Positions 33,701 to 43,893 of a stretch of 64,000 bases of DNA are shown piece after piece. Source of the stretch: a virus (taxonomy: Duplodnaviria > Caudoviricetes). The position numbers and the translations under genes are program-made. Under the pieces are notes generated by a model, which saw only the letters and a list, made by a program, of their open reading frames with translations, was not told the origin of the DNA and did not search any database. The DNA is taken from positions 660-64,659 of the IMG/VR virus record IMGVR_UViG_3300042296_000383. One strand, written 5' to 3'. Each line of letters begins with the position of its first letter. The first letter of the stretch is position 1.

Positions 33701-34425
33701 AGGTAGTTCCTTCCGCTGATGAACTCCTGCCTTACAGGTACCGGGAGTTCAGATATAGGAGACCACACACTCTCCTCGTCGTTCTCGTACACCCACTGTG
33801 TGGCGAACTGGTAGAGCTGTCCGTATAATTTATTTGAGAATATGTTCGGGTCTGTGTCGTACCCTATAGTCTCCGCCGCGTATGGTGGCGGGTACTTGAT
33901 CACGTCGAGCACCTGCTCGTCGATAGACGGGTAGCCTGCTATAGCCGACGCGATGTTGATCATGCGTGGCGGGTTAAAGTCCCAGTAACCCTCAGCGTCC
34001 ACAAGGTAGCTGTTGAAGTAGCCGTCGGTCCAGTATAAAATATTGTTGGTAACCTTGGCGTCGTAGACCTTGCTAGACACTTTAAAGTTAAGTATCCCGT
34101 CCTGCAAGATAAGTGTAAACCCTTGAGTGGATATGCTGTACTGCCAGATGCTATGGTTAAGCTCGTCGTTGTGGACAAAGTAGATGATAGAGTCACCCTC
34201 CACCCACGGGCAGCTGCCCACTACCGTGTTGACTCCGGCCGCAAGCGACGGGTTATCATACAGGAGGTTGCCTGCCATAGACGTTATCGCGCCGTCGTTA
34301 CTGTCGCCAGCGTTACCGCCACGCGCGTGGTTAGCCGAGCGGTAGTCACCGTCTGGAATTAGTCTATCTTCATCATCGGTATTTAACCCTCCAAAAAAGA
34401 ACAGGTCCTGAGACTGCTTTGCCAT
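30724..34425 (-). CDS. Tail stabilisation/nozzle protein (P22 gp10/crAss muzzle-like)
   Basis: GGLNTD N-terminus, LYWTDG...PPRMINI, beta-rich; position after ring genes. Confidence 0.75.
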   Translation of the reverse strand: MAKQSQDLFFFGGLNTDDEDRLIPDGDYRSANHARGGNAGDSNDGAITSMAGNLLYDNPSLAAGVNTVVGSCPWVEGDSIIYFVHNDELNHSIWQYSISTQGFTLILQDGILNFKVSSKVYDAKVTNNILYWTDGYFNSYLVDAEGYWDFNPPRMINIASAIAGYPSIDEQVLDVIKYPPPYAAETIGYDTDPNIFSNKLYGQLYQFATQWVYENDEESVWSPISELPVPVRQEFISGRNYLDSLEENIITLEVPTGSFMVKKLRVAVRSGNIGQFGIFTELDKSLEGIADDTTHEVVFNGLNALIPITLAEGLRNYDRVPQVANWMELLPTKQLCYGQFVEGYDPIEINLDGARVLHEIRGTTIKKSTIEYAVVFVPASTTSLFLVGFDSAVIYPFQPNDVLSFNLTHDVTINNGSLFAFNFTVTEEILQATIGLSVLDAQINLTLAICTELSSYLTPLGYTCTIVLGPTYYRLQTDPPLGTQDITTISALPLTDPKKSLKKGATHEFGIQYYDRGMRSGGVLTSDTATIYVPYPSQDGSEIALKFADTHSPYWVSPRMYVKHEPPSWARYYQILARKTTEVLNFQYRTVTLLELDVQNPQLWKLSLDNYYESAFQANVNHTPQKGDIVRFVNTSVDGIDTLPAYVNNYIEVEVQSYDAAGGQDGAEAIWVTQFEYGMIGNYQAFLIEIYTPRKDAINEPWFEIGMIKNILNPYTANRYHEGDLYLEKNVISSPAPGGFDFVVGGDLSVLTDSGSNYTITFTPAVGLSFIVQVSFVAYDPIADESTITVFDPSPGLTYLVYTFNTNQTEDTPATLELDFGDVYVRPRISNKLPDNFWLWRYYVEDPSVSDYYISNWSDYGRVGIQDTKFRRRELVSLIHGGAYIDNSNNNNICSFDFNLLNKQDMSEEFGQIYRIIINGYTLKVIQARKETSVYIQRTMAVGGDGGQNVSYTDRTFGGVNPYDSLYGTVHPGSVRVVDGQLFYYDYNSGMFVMSINNGQQDISGEKFKFNKYTTNLTNFIGTFGGPTAWSSVSAVDEFNAEYKFWISDGETSFGAAFNYGEGRWKSFLQYRPDWAENLGAYSVEFTSDADMYVCNEGPQCNFFGVQYPFDFEFMFNHSPLLVKRPLAMGLRANAVPTVYVNVPTGLNYSAMATTIDSTLFENYENGVWAEYQRDELDENVDIPYLATVDLARLNGKEMRGYVAAHTVSYDSPADKVVVISARVNYVPSEATE

Positions 34426-34513
34426 TTAAAAGAAATTTGAACAAAGATAACAAAAAGACCCTCCAAGTGTGCATGAATCAGAGGCATGGAGGGTGTATTA
34501 TTTTTTAAAAATA

Positions 34514-35251
34514 TTATCTCAAGTTCAATCCGCTGCCCTTGTACAACTCGTCGAGCAACTCTCTGAGTGTTGGCGCCTTCGCAAGTATGTTGCTGTCCCA
34601 CATAGAGTCGCGGTACTGTCTCTCCTTGTCCTTGCTCCTCGCGTAAGCACGGTCAGAGTCGCTGTGCTCGTGCACCTGCCATATCAAATAGTTACGGAAG
34701 GCGTCCACGTAAGGCAGGGGTATAAAGGTTAACTCGTTTACATTCTTTCCTGAACTAAGGTACTCCACAACACCCCGCCCTACTGGGACGCTCTCCGAGA
34801 ATACTATGCGCCTGTTCTCGTTATCGACCCTGTAGTAGTTGACGTTCTTTCCGCCGCCCTCTCCGTACCTCACGTATGAGGCGTACCAGTAACCTGGCAG
34901 GAAGTACCCGTCGCCAGAGTCGCTTGGCTTAGCCGTCTCGCACAGCCCAGGGCCGTCGCTTAAGTCTATGGTGTTGTCAACCGTCAGGTCCCATAACCTT
35001 CCAGACTGCTTGTAGGCAACCCTACTGATAGCTATGAAGTCTGCAGGCATAGCCCACACACGGTTGGCTAGGTTAACCTCTATCTCCTCGGTCACAAGGG
35101 ATGGCATCTCAAAGCCTCTCAACTTTTCTTGGTAGAAGCTGACCGCTATCTCTAGCAGCCACATGTAGTCAGAGCTTGTGATGCCAAGGTTCTTGTTCCT
35201 TGATATGGTGCTGAGCACTAGGCTCCTTATGTTTTTTATTGGCTGGTCCAT
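34514..35251 (-). CDS. Tail ring/adaptor protein
   Basis: MPADF motif; one of three similar-sized genes before the stabiliser. Confidence 0.6.
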   Translation of the reverse strand: MDQPIKNIRSLVLSTISRNKNLGITSSDYMWLLEIAVSFYQEKLRGFEMPSLVTEEIEVNLANRVWAMPADFIAISRVAYKQSGRLWDLTVDNTIDLSDGPGLCETAKPSDSGDGYFLPGYWYASYVRYGEGGGKNVNYYRVDNENRRIVFSESVPVGRGVVEYLSSGKNVNELTFIPLPYVDAFRNYLIWQVHEHSDSDRAYARSKDKERQYRDSMWDSNILAKAPTLRELLDELYKGSGLNLR

Positions 35252-35844
35252 TACTTAGCTGGTTGGGTTGGCTTGTCCGTGTCAGGGACCCTGTTATTGT
35301 AAACCTCCTCGATCTGACTTGACTGCTCTCTCATCATCTGCATCACCATGGAGAACAGCTGAGCCTGCACGCCCTCGACGCACACGTTGTCGTTCTCGGA
35401 CAGGTTAACAAAGTCTGGTAGTATCTCCAGGTCTAGCGTGGTCTCGTTAGGGTTAGCCGAGAAGTATAGCTTGTTGCCCACAATCCTGTTCGCCGAACAG
35501 CTCACCATCGGGAGAAGGTAGGACATGATGTTCGCCTCCTCGATTCCCTGGCTAACTGGGAAGAACTTCTGCCCCTTGCTGATCCATACTATCCCGTTCA
35601 CCCCGTTGATAGGGCTAACAGGGAGCACGATGTAGTACTGACCGTTGGCCGTCATGACCGTGCACTCGTATGGCAGCGCCATGTTACGCACAGACTTCTT
35701 GTTCTGGGACGCCATGTCGGAATACACCATGCCTATGAGGCGTGATATAACCGGCTTTGGGTACTTACCCTGCAAGTCGCTTGGCACATCCCCACCAGCT
35801 AGGCGGTTCTGTACAAGCTCTATGAGCACTCTCTTTGTTATCAT
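35251..35844 (-). CDS. Tail ring/adaptor protein
   Basis: YIVLP motif; gene order. Confidence 0.55.
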   Translation of the reverse strand: MITKRVLIELVQNRLAGGDVPSDLQGKYPKPVISRLIGMVYSDMASQNKKSVRNMALPYECTVMTANGQYYIVLPVSPINGVNGIVWISKGQKFFPVSQGIEEANIMSYLLPMVSCSANRIVGNKLYFSANPNETTLDLEILPDFVNLSENDNVCVEGVQAQLFSMVMQMMREQSSQIEEVYNNRVPDTDKPTQPAK

Positions 35845-36563
35845 TGACCCTGCTTAGTTTGTGATGTCTGGTAATTGAACTCGTCACGAATCTTGATCGC
35901 GTACTCCCTCACTATAAGGTTGACGATATCCTCGTACACCGGCTCTGGGAACTCGAACTCTACACTGACGCTTGGCGTTCCAGCCGGGAGCACAGAGGAG
36001 TTGGTGTGCACAGACCCTGGCGGCAAGTAGATAGGACGACCGCCTATGATGTCGTAGTCAAACACCGGGGTGGCCGCTCTACGAACATAGGTAAATCCTA
36101 CACTTGTGATGCCTGTTGGTCTCACAAGGAATCGGTCGTTCTCGTCCACAGCTATGGGCTGCTCGAGCGTCGGGAACATAAGCTCGGTCGACATCCTGTA
36201 GCCAAAGTCTTGCTGGGTAAGGAACTCGACCATCCTAACATTCTCTGTATACGCGCCGCAAGAGTTCAGGTACTGGCTGTACGATGACCTCGCGGTGTAG
36301 TAGTAGTCGCTTGGGTACTCGCCGTACCCGTAACTATCAAGCTCGATAGGGGCAGAGTCTGGGCTGCCCACCGTGACGATGAAAGGGTAGAGATCCCTTG
36401 AGATCTCCTGCTTCTCCTCGAACACCTTGAGTAGCTCGTTCATCTTGTACACGCATATCCAGGGGAGCATGGCGTTGAAGTTGTTCGGGGTCACATAACC
36501 ACCGAACTGGTCCTTGCCTAGCTTCTCTAAAGCACGCGCGTATATGTCTCCTAAGTTGAGCAT
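35841..36563 (-). CDS. Tail ring/adaptor protein
   Basis: KDQFGGYVTPNNFN, YPSDY, FEFPE; gene order. Confidence 0.6.
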   Translation of the reverse strand: MLNLGDIYARALEKLGKDQFGGYVTPNNFNAMLPWICVYKMNELLKVFEEKQEISRDLYPFIVTVGSPDSAPIELDSYGYGEYPSDYYYTARSSYSQYLNSCGAYTENVRMVEFLTQQDFGYRMSTELMFPTLEQPIAVDENDRFLVRPTGITSVGFTYVRRAATPVFDYDIIGGRPIYLPPGSVHTNSSVLPAGTPSVSVEFEFPEPVYEDIVNLIVREYAIKIRDEFNYQTSQTKQGQ

Positions 36564-36582
36564 TATCTTTAGTCTTTATTTT

Positions 36583-38853
36583 TTACTGTCTGTAAGCAAA
36601 ACCATCCACAGCGTAGAAGGTGTTAGTAAGGGCAACCCCTGAACCTACAACGTTAATGACGGTCGGGATGTTAAACGGAAGCAAGGTAGTTGGGTCAATA
36701 GTAAAGTCTCCTATCACCGCTAACGAGCCGCCAATATTAACTGTGCCCCCTATCTTCCAAGTCAAATCGGCTGGGACGTAGACCATGTTAAGCTGTATGT
36801 CATAGGCGTTATTGCCAACAGCCACACCGAATATAGTCGTGGCAATATTTGTGTTGACCAACTTAATTACATCTGCTGGGTCTGTAGATGTTCCCTTTAT
36901 ATTAAACTTGTAAACTATTTTTTCACCTAGCCAGTCAGCTGGAATAAATAAATTTACAGCGGCGGGAGCGGACTCATCAACATAGAAGCCCAGTATCAAA
37001 AGCTTATTCAGCCCATTAACCACGGCCGTCAACGTGTCTATTTCAAACTGTAAAGAAGTGTTTTGTTCTATTAAACTAGCTAAAGTAACTTGTATACTTT
37101 CAATAGAGGCTAACGCAATGCCAACTTGTTGAGCAAGTAATGAAAAATAAATTTGCAAACTTTCAATAGCGTCCCAAATTTCCTCTATTTCATCGTTATA
37201 TGTTGAAGGCGTTAATGTGGCTAGTGACGCTTGAAGCTGGTCTATAACCGCTTGAATTGTGACGCTTGTCTCGGCTGACGCTTGTAATTGCTCATACAAT
37301 GTTATTGTGTACGAAGCAAATTCAGGATAGTCTTCATTAAACGCAACAACCTCAACAAGCAAATCATTCAGCTGATCGTTTAACAAAAAAAAGTTAGTCT
37401 CTATCGTATCTACGTTAGCAATTAAAACATCAACGTCTGCTTCAAAAGAAGGGCTGCTTGGGTTTAAAGCTAGCGCCGCCGCCTGTACAACATTAAGTTC
37501 TGCTAGTATGGTTAGCAAGTCAGTGTTGTAAGTATTTATATTACCTATTAACGTATTGTACGCCGCCAGAGCTGAAGCATTATTCTGCACCGCATTCTCT
37601 AGCCCACCCACCTGTAAGTTTAAGGCATCAATCTCAGACTGTAGCTGAGCTATAATAGATGTCGCGTCTAGGTTGCTGTTGTCTACCCAGTAAGGGACGT
37701 CCTGACTCTCGTCGCAGCATCCGCAGCTGCACTCTCCGCTGTTGTCAAGTACTGACTGTAGCTGAGCTACGGTAGCCGCGTACATTGCGGTATTGCCACA
37801 GGTCTTGTACTCCTTAGCAAGGGCATACAGCTGCAGTATCATGAGTATCGCCGGCTCAAGACCAGAAGCCTGGCCTCTAACAAACGACGCGTAGTACTTA
37901 TCTTTAATGCTTTCAATGCAAGGTGTAAGCCCACACAAAGTTCCAACGCAAGTAACCAGAGTCTCCCCTGTGTCCCTTACAGTGTAAGTGTAAACAAGCC
38001 CGTCGTCCTGAGTCACGCTCATGTTAAGCACGAGAACGTGAGTCCATGTGCCCACGGCTAGGTTTGTAAACGTGAGGCTGGAGGTTGTTGTCGTCTCCGG
38101 GTTTGTCTCAGGCTCTGGATAGAGACCGTTCGGGTAGTACCCGCTCAGAGATCTGCTCACCAGGATCTGTCCTGATGGTATCACGCTAGTGTCCGAGAAT
38201 ATGATCTGACCAAACTGTGTGCTCTCGCAGTCGTAAGTTGTGGTGACCGCAGGCGTAGCAAAGTTACAGCCGTTCCATGTGTACGTGCTGCCAGCAAAGG
38301 CTGCGCGGGTAACGTCAAAGGAATAAGTTCCTGTAGCAAGCGCCTCATTCACCAAAGTTGTTTGTGTCACTACAATGGTTGAATTGTCAAGACCTTCATC
38401 AAACGCCGCAGTAGACACGGTGAATGTACCGTTATTCGCCGCAATTGTGTTTGCTGTAGTTACCAGGCTATCACCCGCAACAAGCACCCTTCCCGCCTGT
38501 GTAAACTCTAGTTCAAAAGTAGAAGGAGCTGATACCGAATTAACAACACCCGCCGTGATGGCGTAGCGCAACGAGTAGGTGAACGAGTAAGTCCCGTTCA
38601 AGATCTCACCGTTAGAATCAAGCGGTAGGTTAAACCACACACTGTTCGTGGTAGCCGACAGGTTGATGAGCGGCGATCCCACTGTAGTTCCAGTGAAGAT
38701 AGCCACACCTGTAGGTCCGGTGACAACACCGAGTCCTCTAGCGGACAATGCGGACAGGCTGATACCCTCAGCTGTATAGTTTGACGCGTCTACGATCCTA
38801 CCTTTCTTGGTCACCGCGTTGATTTCAAGATACACGTTAGCTGTAAGGGCCAT
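36583..38853 (-). CDS. Structural protein with Cys cluster and long coiled coil (756 aa)
   Basis: T/S-rich beta region, CSCGCC, heptad region. Confidence 0.6.
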   Translation of the reverse strand: MALTANVYLEINAVTKKGRIVDASNYTAEGISLSALSARGLGVVTGPTGVAIFTGTTVGSPLINLSATTNSVWFNLPLDSNGEILNGTYSFTYSLRYAITAGVVNSVSAPSTFELEFTQAGRVLVAGDSLVTTANTIAANNGTFTVSTAAFDEGLDNSTIVVTQTTLVNEALATGTYSFDVTRAAFAGSTYTWNGCNFATPAVTTTYDCESTQFGQIIFSDTSVIPSGQILVSRSLSGYYPNGLYPEPETNPETTTTSSLTFTNLAVGTWTHVLVLNMSVTQDDGLVYTYTVRDTGETLVTCVGTLCGLTPCIESIKDKYYASFVRGQASGLEPAILMILQLYALAKEYKTCGNTAMYAATVAQLQSVLDNSGECSCGCCDESQDVPYWVDNSNLDATSIIAQLQSEIDALNLQVGGLENAVQNNASALAAYNTLIGNINTYNTDLLTILAELNVVQAAALALNPSSPSFEADVDVLIANVDTIETNFFLLNDQLNDLLVEVVAFNEDYPEFASYTITLYEQLQASAETSVTIQAVIDQLQASLATLTPSTYNDEIEEIWDAIESLQIYFSLLAQQVGIALASIESIQVTLASLIEQNTSLQFEIDTLTAVVNGLNKLLILGFYVDESAPAAVNLFIPADWLGEKIVYKFNIKGTSTDPADVIKLVNTNIATTIFGVAVGNNAYDIQLNMVYVPADLTWKIGGTVNIGGSLAVIGDFTIDPTTLLPFNIPTVINVVGSGVALTNTFYAVDGFAYRQ

Positions 38854-38909
38854 GGTCTTTAATATATTTTAGACAAAAATACAAAAACAGTGCGATCCTA
38901 CAACGAATA

Positions 38910-38984
38910 AAAAAGAAATTCCCCTCACATGGAGGGGAATAACTAAACCAATTAATCAATAACAACAATTACTATGAATTATCT
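38910..38984 (-). ncRNA. Candidate sRNA 1
   Basis: TATATTTG at 38989-38996, U-rich body, terminator hairpin at 38918-38940. Confidence 0.5.
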
Positions 38985-38997
38985 GGGTCAAATATAG

Positions 38998-40062
38998 CTA
39001 CCCTCTAAGGGTCTGGCAAATCTCTCCTGTTAAAATATTATAATAACCGCTGTATGAGTCGTTCTTTCCTTGAGCCGGCATGAACTCAATGTACAGTTCA
39101 AGTATAGCCTGGTCCTTGTCAGGGTTGTACGTGAGGGTGTGAGACTCCACGTCGTAGGCAGGCTTAAGGTCTGACGGGATCAGGGTGATCGTCTTAGACT
39201 TAGGGTCAGACTTGAGGAACCTTCTCTTGAAGCTCTCACCGAAATTACCAGACGACAAGCTCGTGGTGTCGCCCACCTCGCCTGCGTTGTAAAGTCTCCA
39301 CTCTACCACATAGTCACGGCCCTTCATGTTGTACGAAGTAGTCAAGGATCCTATATCATAGAAGTCAGAGATGAGGCCGTTAATAAAGATGTCCCCGTTG
39401 TACACGCCGCTTCCTACACTTGTTATCTGAGGGAAGATGTTCGTGAAGTACAACGCAGGGTCGCGCTCTTCAATTAGCCAGAGGTCTCCAAACGAAGATA
39501 GCAACTCTTCTGTGGTCTTGCCAAGTCTCTTGGCTAGATCTTCCTGCTCTATGTAGGTAGCCTTTCCGTTTACCGTGCACAGCACAGGCATGTTATTCTC
39601 ACGAGTCAGCGAGTATCCCGTTGTCATCAGTGACGGATTAATTCTCAACACCTCCTCGAAGATGTCGTATGTCTTCTTGTTGGCGTGAAGCCAGTTCTCT
39701 CTCTGCATGTGGAACACGTAAGAGTCGTCCTGCTTTCCTACATACTCGTACCCGTACTCGTGAATAAGGGCGTGCACGTAGTTCAGCAGGTATATACCGA
39801 ACGGTGACTCAAACTTAGTGTCTACAGACACCTGGTCCTTCCACTCGTAGAACGATGGCGCGACAGGCTTAGTGCCCCCGTTTGTTCTGAACGCCAGAAG
39901 GTCGGCCTTGTACTTAGCCTGCAACTCGGCAATAACCGTCTGAGATTTTCGAACGAAGCTGGTCGAGATAACAGGACGGCGCGATTGCTTGGCCACCACC
40001 ACCGCGTCTTTCAATTCTAATAACTCGGCCGGTAGCTCGAGCGTGTTGAAGTCTAGTGTCAT
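38998..40062 (-). CDS. Hypothetical protein (354 aa)
   Basis: ORF. Confidence 0.7.
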   Translation of the reverse strand: MTLDFNTLELPAELLELKDAVVVAKQSRRPVISTSFVRKSQTVIAELQAKYKADLLAFRTNGGTKPVAPSFYEWKDQVSVDTKFESPFGIYLLNYVHALIHEYGYEYVGKQDDSYVFHMQRENWLHANKKTYDIFEEVLRINPSLMTTGYSLTRENNMPVLCTVNGKATYIEQEDLAKRLGKTTEELLSSFGDLWLIEERDPALYFTNIFPQITSVGSGVYNGDIFINGLISDFYDIGSLTTSYNMKGRDYVVEWRLYNAGEVGDTTSLSSGNFGESFKRRFLKSDPKSKTITLIPSDLKPAYDVESHTLTYNPDKDQAILELYIEFMPAQGKNDSYSGYYNILTGEICQTLRG

Positions 40063-40098
40063 ACTATTCTGTGTTTAATTATTAATGCTTATCAAAAG

Positions 40099-40374
40099 TT
40101 AAATTTCATTTGGTGGTATTTCCAAGTCAGGTATAGGCTCTAAAATATCTACACCCTTTACAATCGCGTTGTACTGGGTAAGGGTAAGCGTTGTGGTGTC
40201 TTCCGTGCCAGCAAAAGTTTTGGAGTAGATTAAGTACATTTGTTGTTGTACTATCAACTTAGTATCTTGCAAACTTGCGGCATAGTCAACGTCCTCACAT
40301 TTTTGAGTGATGGATATAACCGCTTTCTTAGAGTCGTCGTCGTTAAACGTGTATGTGTACTTATAGTATATCAT
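40099..40374 (-). CDS. Small protein after the tail fibre (possible chaperone)
   Basis: ATGA-coupled to the fibre gene. Confidence 0.55.
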   Translation of the reverse strand: MIYYKYTYTFNDDDSKKAVISITQKCEDVDYAASLQDTKLIVQQQMYLIYSKTFAGTEDTTTLTLTQYNAIVKGVDILEPIPDLEIPPNEI

Positions 40375-41744
40375 CGTTTCAAGTTAAAGGATTCACCACA
40401 CCAGTCAACTGACGCAGACCTAGAGGCTAAAAGCCCAACACTTCCCGCTAACCTATAAAAAGGTAATCCCCCATAGTTACCCGACACCCTTGTAAACCTA
40501 TAAGCAAAAGAGTAGGTTATACCGTCTGTTGAGTAGAAGAAAATAGCATCACCACTATTTGATGAGGTAATAAATATTCCTAGATATATGTAAGTAGCGG
40601 CGGTAATAGGTACCGAGGTTGTTGTTAGTATAGTTAAAGAGTTAGTAACGTTTGTGATTCTAATATTCCAAAAGGCAGGGGTCACCCCTCCCGAAGCAAA
40701 TGTTGGCATCTCCCACATTAATCCCGTCTGCCCATTTGTTGCTACCGTAGAACTTGAGGCGTTTAGTCCCGCGTTAAAATTCCAATCTTGCAAAGCGGTA
40801 GGTATTGTGTCGATTTTTACTTTTGTTACCCATAATTGGGGACATAAGCCGTTAAGCCCAAATATAGTGTTCCCTCCAAACCTTCTATAGTCCACACTCG
40901 CATATATAAACCCTGTTAATGTAGTTCCCGCAGTCAATCTCATTACTCCCCAATCAGTAGTATTTTCAGCCCCCGACGCTAAGCCCGACCCCGTTCCCGA
41001 AGTCACCCCATAAAACATTTTAGTTGACTGTGATGCCGCGGTAGGATTTAAATTTGTAAAGTCATCATAGAAATCAAAACCACCTTGATTTGGATGAGTA
41101 TTAAACTGACTCCATCTTGTTCCCGTGTAAAGAAATGTTATCTCTCTTTCGGGCATTAAGAAGTATGGAGACTTTTGAGCCAACTTAAATCTATTAGCAG
41201 CTGTTGAAGTTGTAGCTTCATTTTCAATAATAACTACATTGTTTGTTGAGCTGTTTACTATAGTAACTATTCTTCCACCAGCAGGATTAGAAAGGCCTCC
41301 TAAACTTATAATGTTGTTTACATTGTTTGGGGTGAAATCAATAACCTTAACAATATCAGTAGTACCGGGCCATCCGGTAGGTGTCCAGTTATCTTCTCTA
41401 GCATTAGTAGATGTAACAGATATAACAGCTAGATCAATATTACCAACATTCAGAGTTGTGGCAGATAAATCTAAACCAGTTCCTAATGTAATCTCCTCCA
41501 TAACTCCTGTACCTGCAGTACCTCTACCGATGAGTTTGTCTGTACTCATTGATGTGGATATGTCAGGATTCGGTCCACCAGAAGAAGTTAACGGGGCGGT
41601 TGCTGTCACATCTGCTACAAGCAACGCGTCCTGATTATCTACATAAGCCTTGATAGCTTTCTGTGATGGAACAACAAGATCACTATCCAACGATAACGTT
41701 GGGTCTGTATCTATGGGTACTCCTCTTGTGAATCCTTGGCTCAT
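40371..41744 (-). CDS. Tail fibre/receptor-binding protein
   Basis: VPSQKAIKAYVD, GRGTAGTG.MEEI fibre-type motifs; AT-rich. Confidence 0.7.
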   Translation of the reverse strand: MSQGFTRGVPIDTDPTLSLDSDLVVPSQKAIKAYVDNQDALLVADVTATAPLTSSGGPNPDISTSMSTDKLIGRGTAGTGVMEEITLGTGLDLSATTLNVGNIDLAVISVTSTNAREDNWTPTGWPGTTDIVKVIDFTPNNVNNIISLGGLSNPAGGRIVTIVNSSTNNVVIIENEATTSTAANRFKLAQKSPYFLMPEREITFLYTGTRWSQFNTHPNQGGFDFYDDFTNLNPTAASQSTKMFYGVTSGTGSGLASGAENTTDWGVMRLTAGTTLTGFIYASVDYRRFGGNTIFGLNGLCPQLWVTKVKIDTIPTALQDWNFNAGLNASSSTVATNGQTGLMWEMPTFASGGVTPAFWNIRITNVTNSLTILTTTSVPITAATYIYLGIFITSSNSGDAIFFYSTDGITYSFAYRFTRVSGNYGGLPFYRLAGSVGLLASRSASVDWCGESFNLKR

Positions 41745-41745
41745 A

Positions 41746-42987
41746 TTATCTGCTTATTTCTTCCCAGTCCATTGACGCAACAACGGTATCACTAGCCCCA
41801 TCAGAGGCGATTACCATTGTAAGCTCAAACGGTGTTGAGGTTAATGAATTTCTTTCTAATTGGAATTTAAACAATGCCTCTTTCAAGATGTCAACCTGAC
41901 CAGCCCCTTGATTTGTAGCGTTAAAAAATCCACTTGCCAGTATCCTACCTCCTGCAAACGAGGTCCCTGTTATGTTATACTCTACAGAAGAATTTGTTCC
42001 TGCACTTACCCATGCCCCGCCCGTGGTAGTTCCTGTGGCTATTATCTGCCAGTTAAAATTACCCGTGGTGATTGGCATTATAGAAAGTGCAGTAAGGATT
42101 ACCACACCATCTAAACGCGTTGACTTAAGACGCAGACTTATTACTGGGTAGAACGTACCTGCCGTGCCTAATGTTCTAGGAGAGTTGATAGGAATACCAA
42201 CCGCTTGTTGTAAACCATTAAGCTCATACCCTCCCTCAGACATTACGGTAGAGCATATCTGCTTTAATCTACTTGAACTAGCTGTAGCTCCTGTGTTAGT
42301 TATCTCATATCTTAGTGGCAATGACGCCGTTGTAATATAGGTAGAGGTAATCAAGTTTGCGTGATGAAACTTATGGCATACATAGAAGTTTCCGTTTATC
42401 ACAAACCCTATCCTTACAGTCCCCACACCTAACCACTCCAAGTCCATGAATAGGATCTGAGCTTTTGTTAGATCAAGAGTGATACCACTAGGTCCTGAAC
42501 CATCCATCTTATCAACATTCCAATTTGATTGGACCACCTGATTGTTTACTAATGAACCTGAAACAGAAGTTCTTTCATAAAAACTTACTATAGTATTATT
42601 CAGTTCTAGATAATAACCATTAGCTGCTCCATAGTACCCAACCCTTTGTCTGAGGTTAGTCTTAGCAACATTCATTACAAATGTAGATAGTACCAACAAA
42701 CTCTTACCAGGCTGATATGAGAAGACCTTAGTAGTCTCCCTAACAACCTCAGAGCCTGATGCAGTGGTTACACCCAAGTTCATCAGACCTTCATTAGCAT
42801 CAAATGTAGCAGTACCACCTGTAGCGGTAGCTGTAGACCATAACCCATTATCATCAAACCTGTGGCTCGAGTCAAATAGTGTAAACGGGCTGCTTACCCT
42901 TAGTCTTCCAAAGGCATCTATGTTAGGAGTATTTGCAAATGAAATCTCACTACTAATTATATTGTATGACGAGTATCCTTGTGACAT
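41746..42987 (-). CDS. Beta-rich (lectin-like) virion protein
   Basis: DAFGRLRVS, YQPGKS, WLGVG motifs. Confidence 0.65.
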   Translation of the reverse strand: MSQGYSSYNIISSEISFANTPNIDAFGRLRVSSPFTLFDSSHRFDDNGLWSTATATGGTATFDANEGLMNLGVTTASGSEVVRETTKVFSYQPGKSLLVLSTFVMNVAKTNLRQRVGYYGAANGYYLELNNTIVSFYERTSVSGSLVNNQVVQSNWNVDKMDGSGPSGITLDLTKAQILFMDLEWLGVGTVRIGFVINGNFYVCHKFHHANLITSTYITTASLPLRYEITNTGATASSSRLKQICSTVMSEGGYELNGLQQAVGIPINSPRTLGTAGTFYPVISLRLKSTRLDGVVILTALSIMPITTGNFNWQIIATGTTTGGAWVSAGTNSSVEYNITGTSFAGGRILASGFFNATNQGAGQVDILKEALFKFQLERNSLTSTPFELTMVIASDGASDTVVASMDWEEISR

Positions 42988-42988
42988 G

Positions 42989-43318
42989 TTAGCTTATTTC
43001 AGATCCGTAAAGTGAGAATGACAGGTTAGTGTTCGAGGCGTACACCTTCACCTTGTCCGTCGTTGCCAAGGTTACACCAATTGTAGCAATGAATGTATCG
43101 TTTGCGCCTAAGGGAAGGTCGTAGTAAATGTAGTCCTTATTAGCCGTCGCCCCACCACCAACAGCTATTGATATTCTAAAGGTGGCCACAGACGTGCCCC
43201 TGTTGCATACAATAACAGAGCTTGCCACAGCTGATGTAGCTGCTGGCACAGTGTAAAGTGTTGTCTCTGTTGTCGCTGCGGGACTTGACTGTCCCAGTGT
43301 TTTATATATTGTTGGCAT
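42989..43318 (-). CDS. Small virion/fibre-associated protein
   Basis: TLYTVPA...VCNR...GSEI. Confidence 0.65.
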   Translation of the reverse strand: MPTIYKTLGQSSPAATTETTLYTVPAATSAVASSVIVCNRGTSVATFRISIAVGGGATANKDYIYYDLPLGANDTFIATIGVTLATTDKVKVYASNTNLSFSLYGSEIS

Positions 43319-43319
43319 A

Positions 43320-43832
43320 TTATCCTCCCATTAACATTAAAGGTGATATAGTATCTGATGAACCGGATGATCCACCCACCTGAACATACGCGGCGCCGTC
43401 CCAACGATAGAGGTAGTTTGTATCCTCTGCTATGTAGATGACGTCCACAACCCCGGTGGCTGGGAATGACGCAAGGTCTGCGTAAGACTGCACGCTCAGC
43501 GTTCCGAGATCCGTACAGCATCCTATAAATATTGTAGAGTTGAGGTACTCATAAACATCGCGCACCTTTGTGATGTACGTGTTGACGTCAAAGTTAGGCT
43601 GCACCAGAGCGGTGTATGGTTTGCCGTCTATGTCCACTAGACCAATAACAGTGAAGGTGTACATGGACTCGCCGTTCACTATAGCGAACAGTTTGCTGGT
43701 GGCCATGTTGATCTCGACCTGGTCGGTCAGCTTGAGTGAAAGGACAACAACGTCGTTAGTGTTAATGAACAGCACACGACCCGTGGCGGTCTTCACTATA
43801 GATTTTAAGTCAGCCTCGATGCTATATACCAT
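43320..43832 (-). CDS. Virion protein (170 aa)
   Basis: FPATG...YIAEDTN.LYRWDG motif; promoter element at 43837-43844. Confidence 0.65.
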   Translation of the reverse strand: MVYSIEADLKSIVKTATGRVLFINTNDVVVLSLKLTDQVEINMATSKLFAIVNGESMYTFTVIGLVDIDGKPYTALVQPNFDVNTYITKVRDVYEYLNSTIFIGCCTDLGTLSVQSYADLASFPATGVVDVIYIAEDTNYLYRWDGAAYVQVGGSSGSSDTISPLMLMGG

Positions 43833-43893
43833 AGTACAAAAATAAATAAAGGTGACCAATTAGCCACCTTTATTATTATTAATTTTCAGTTCC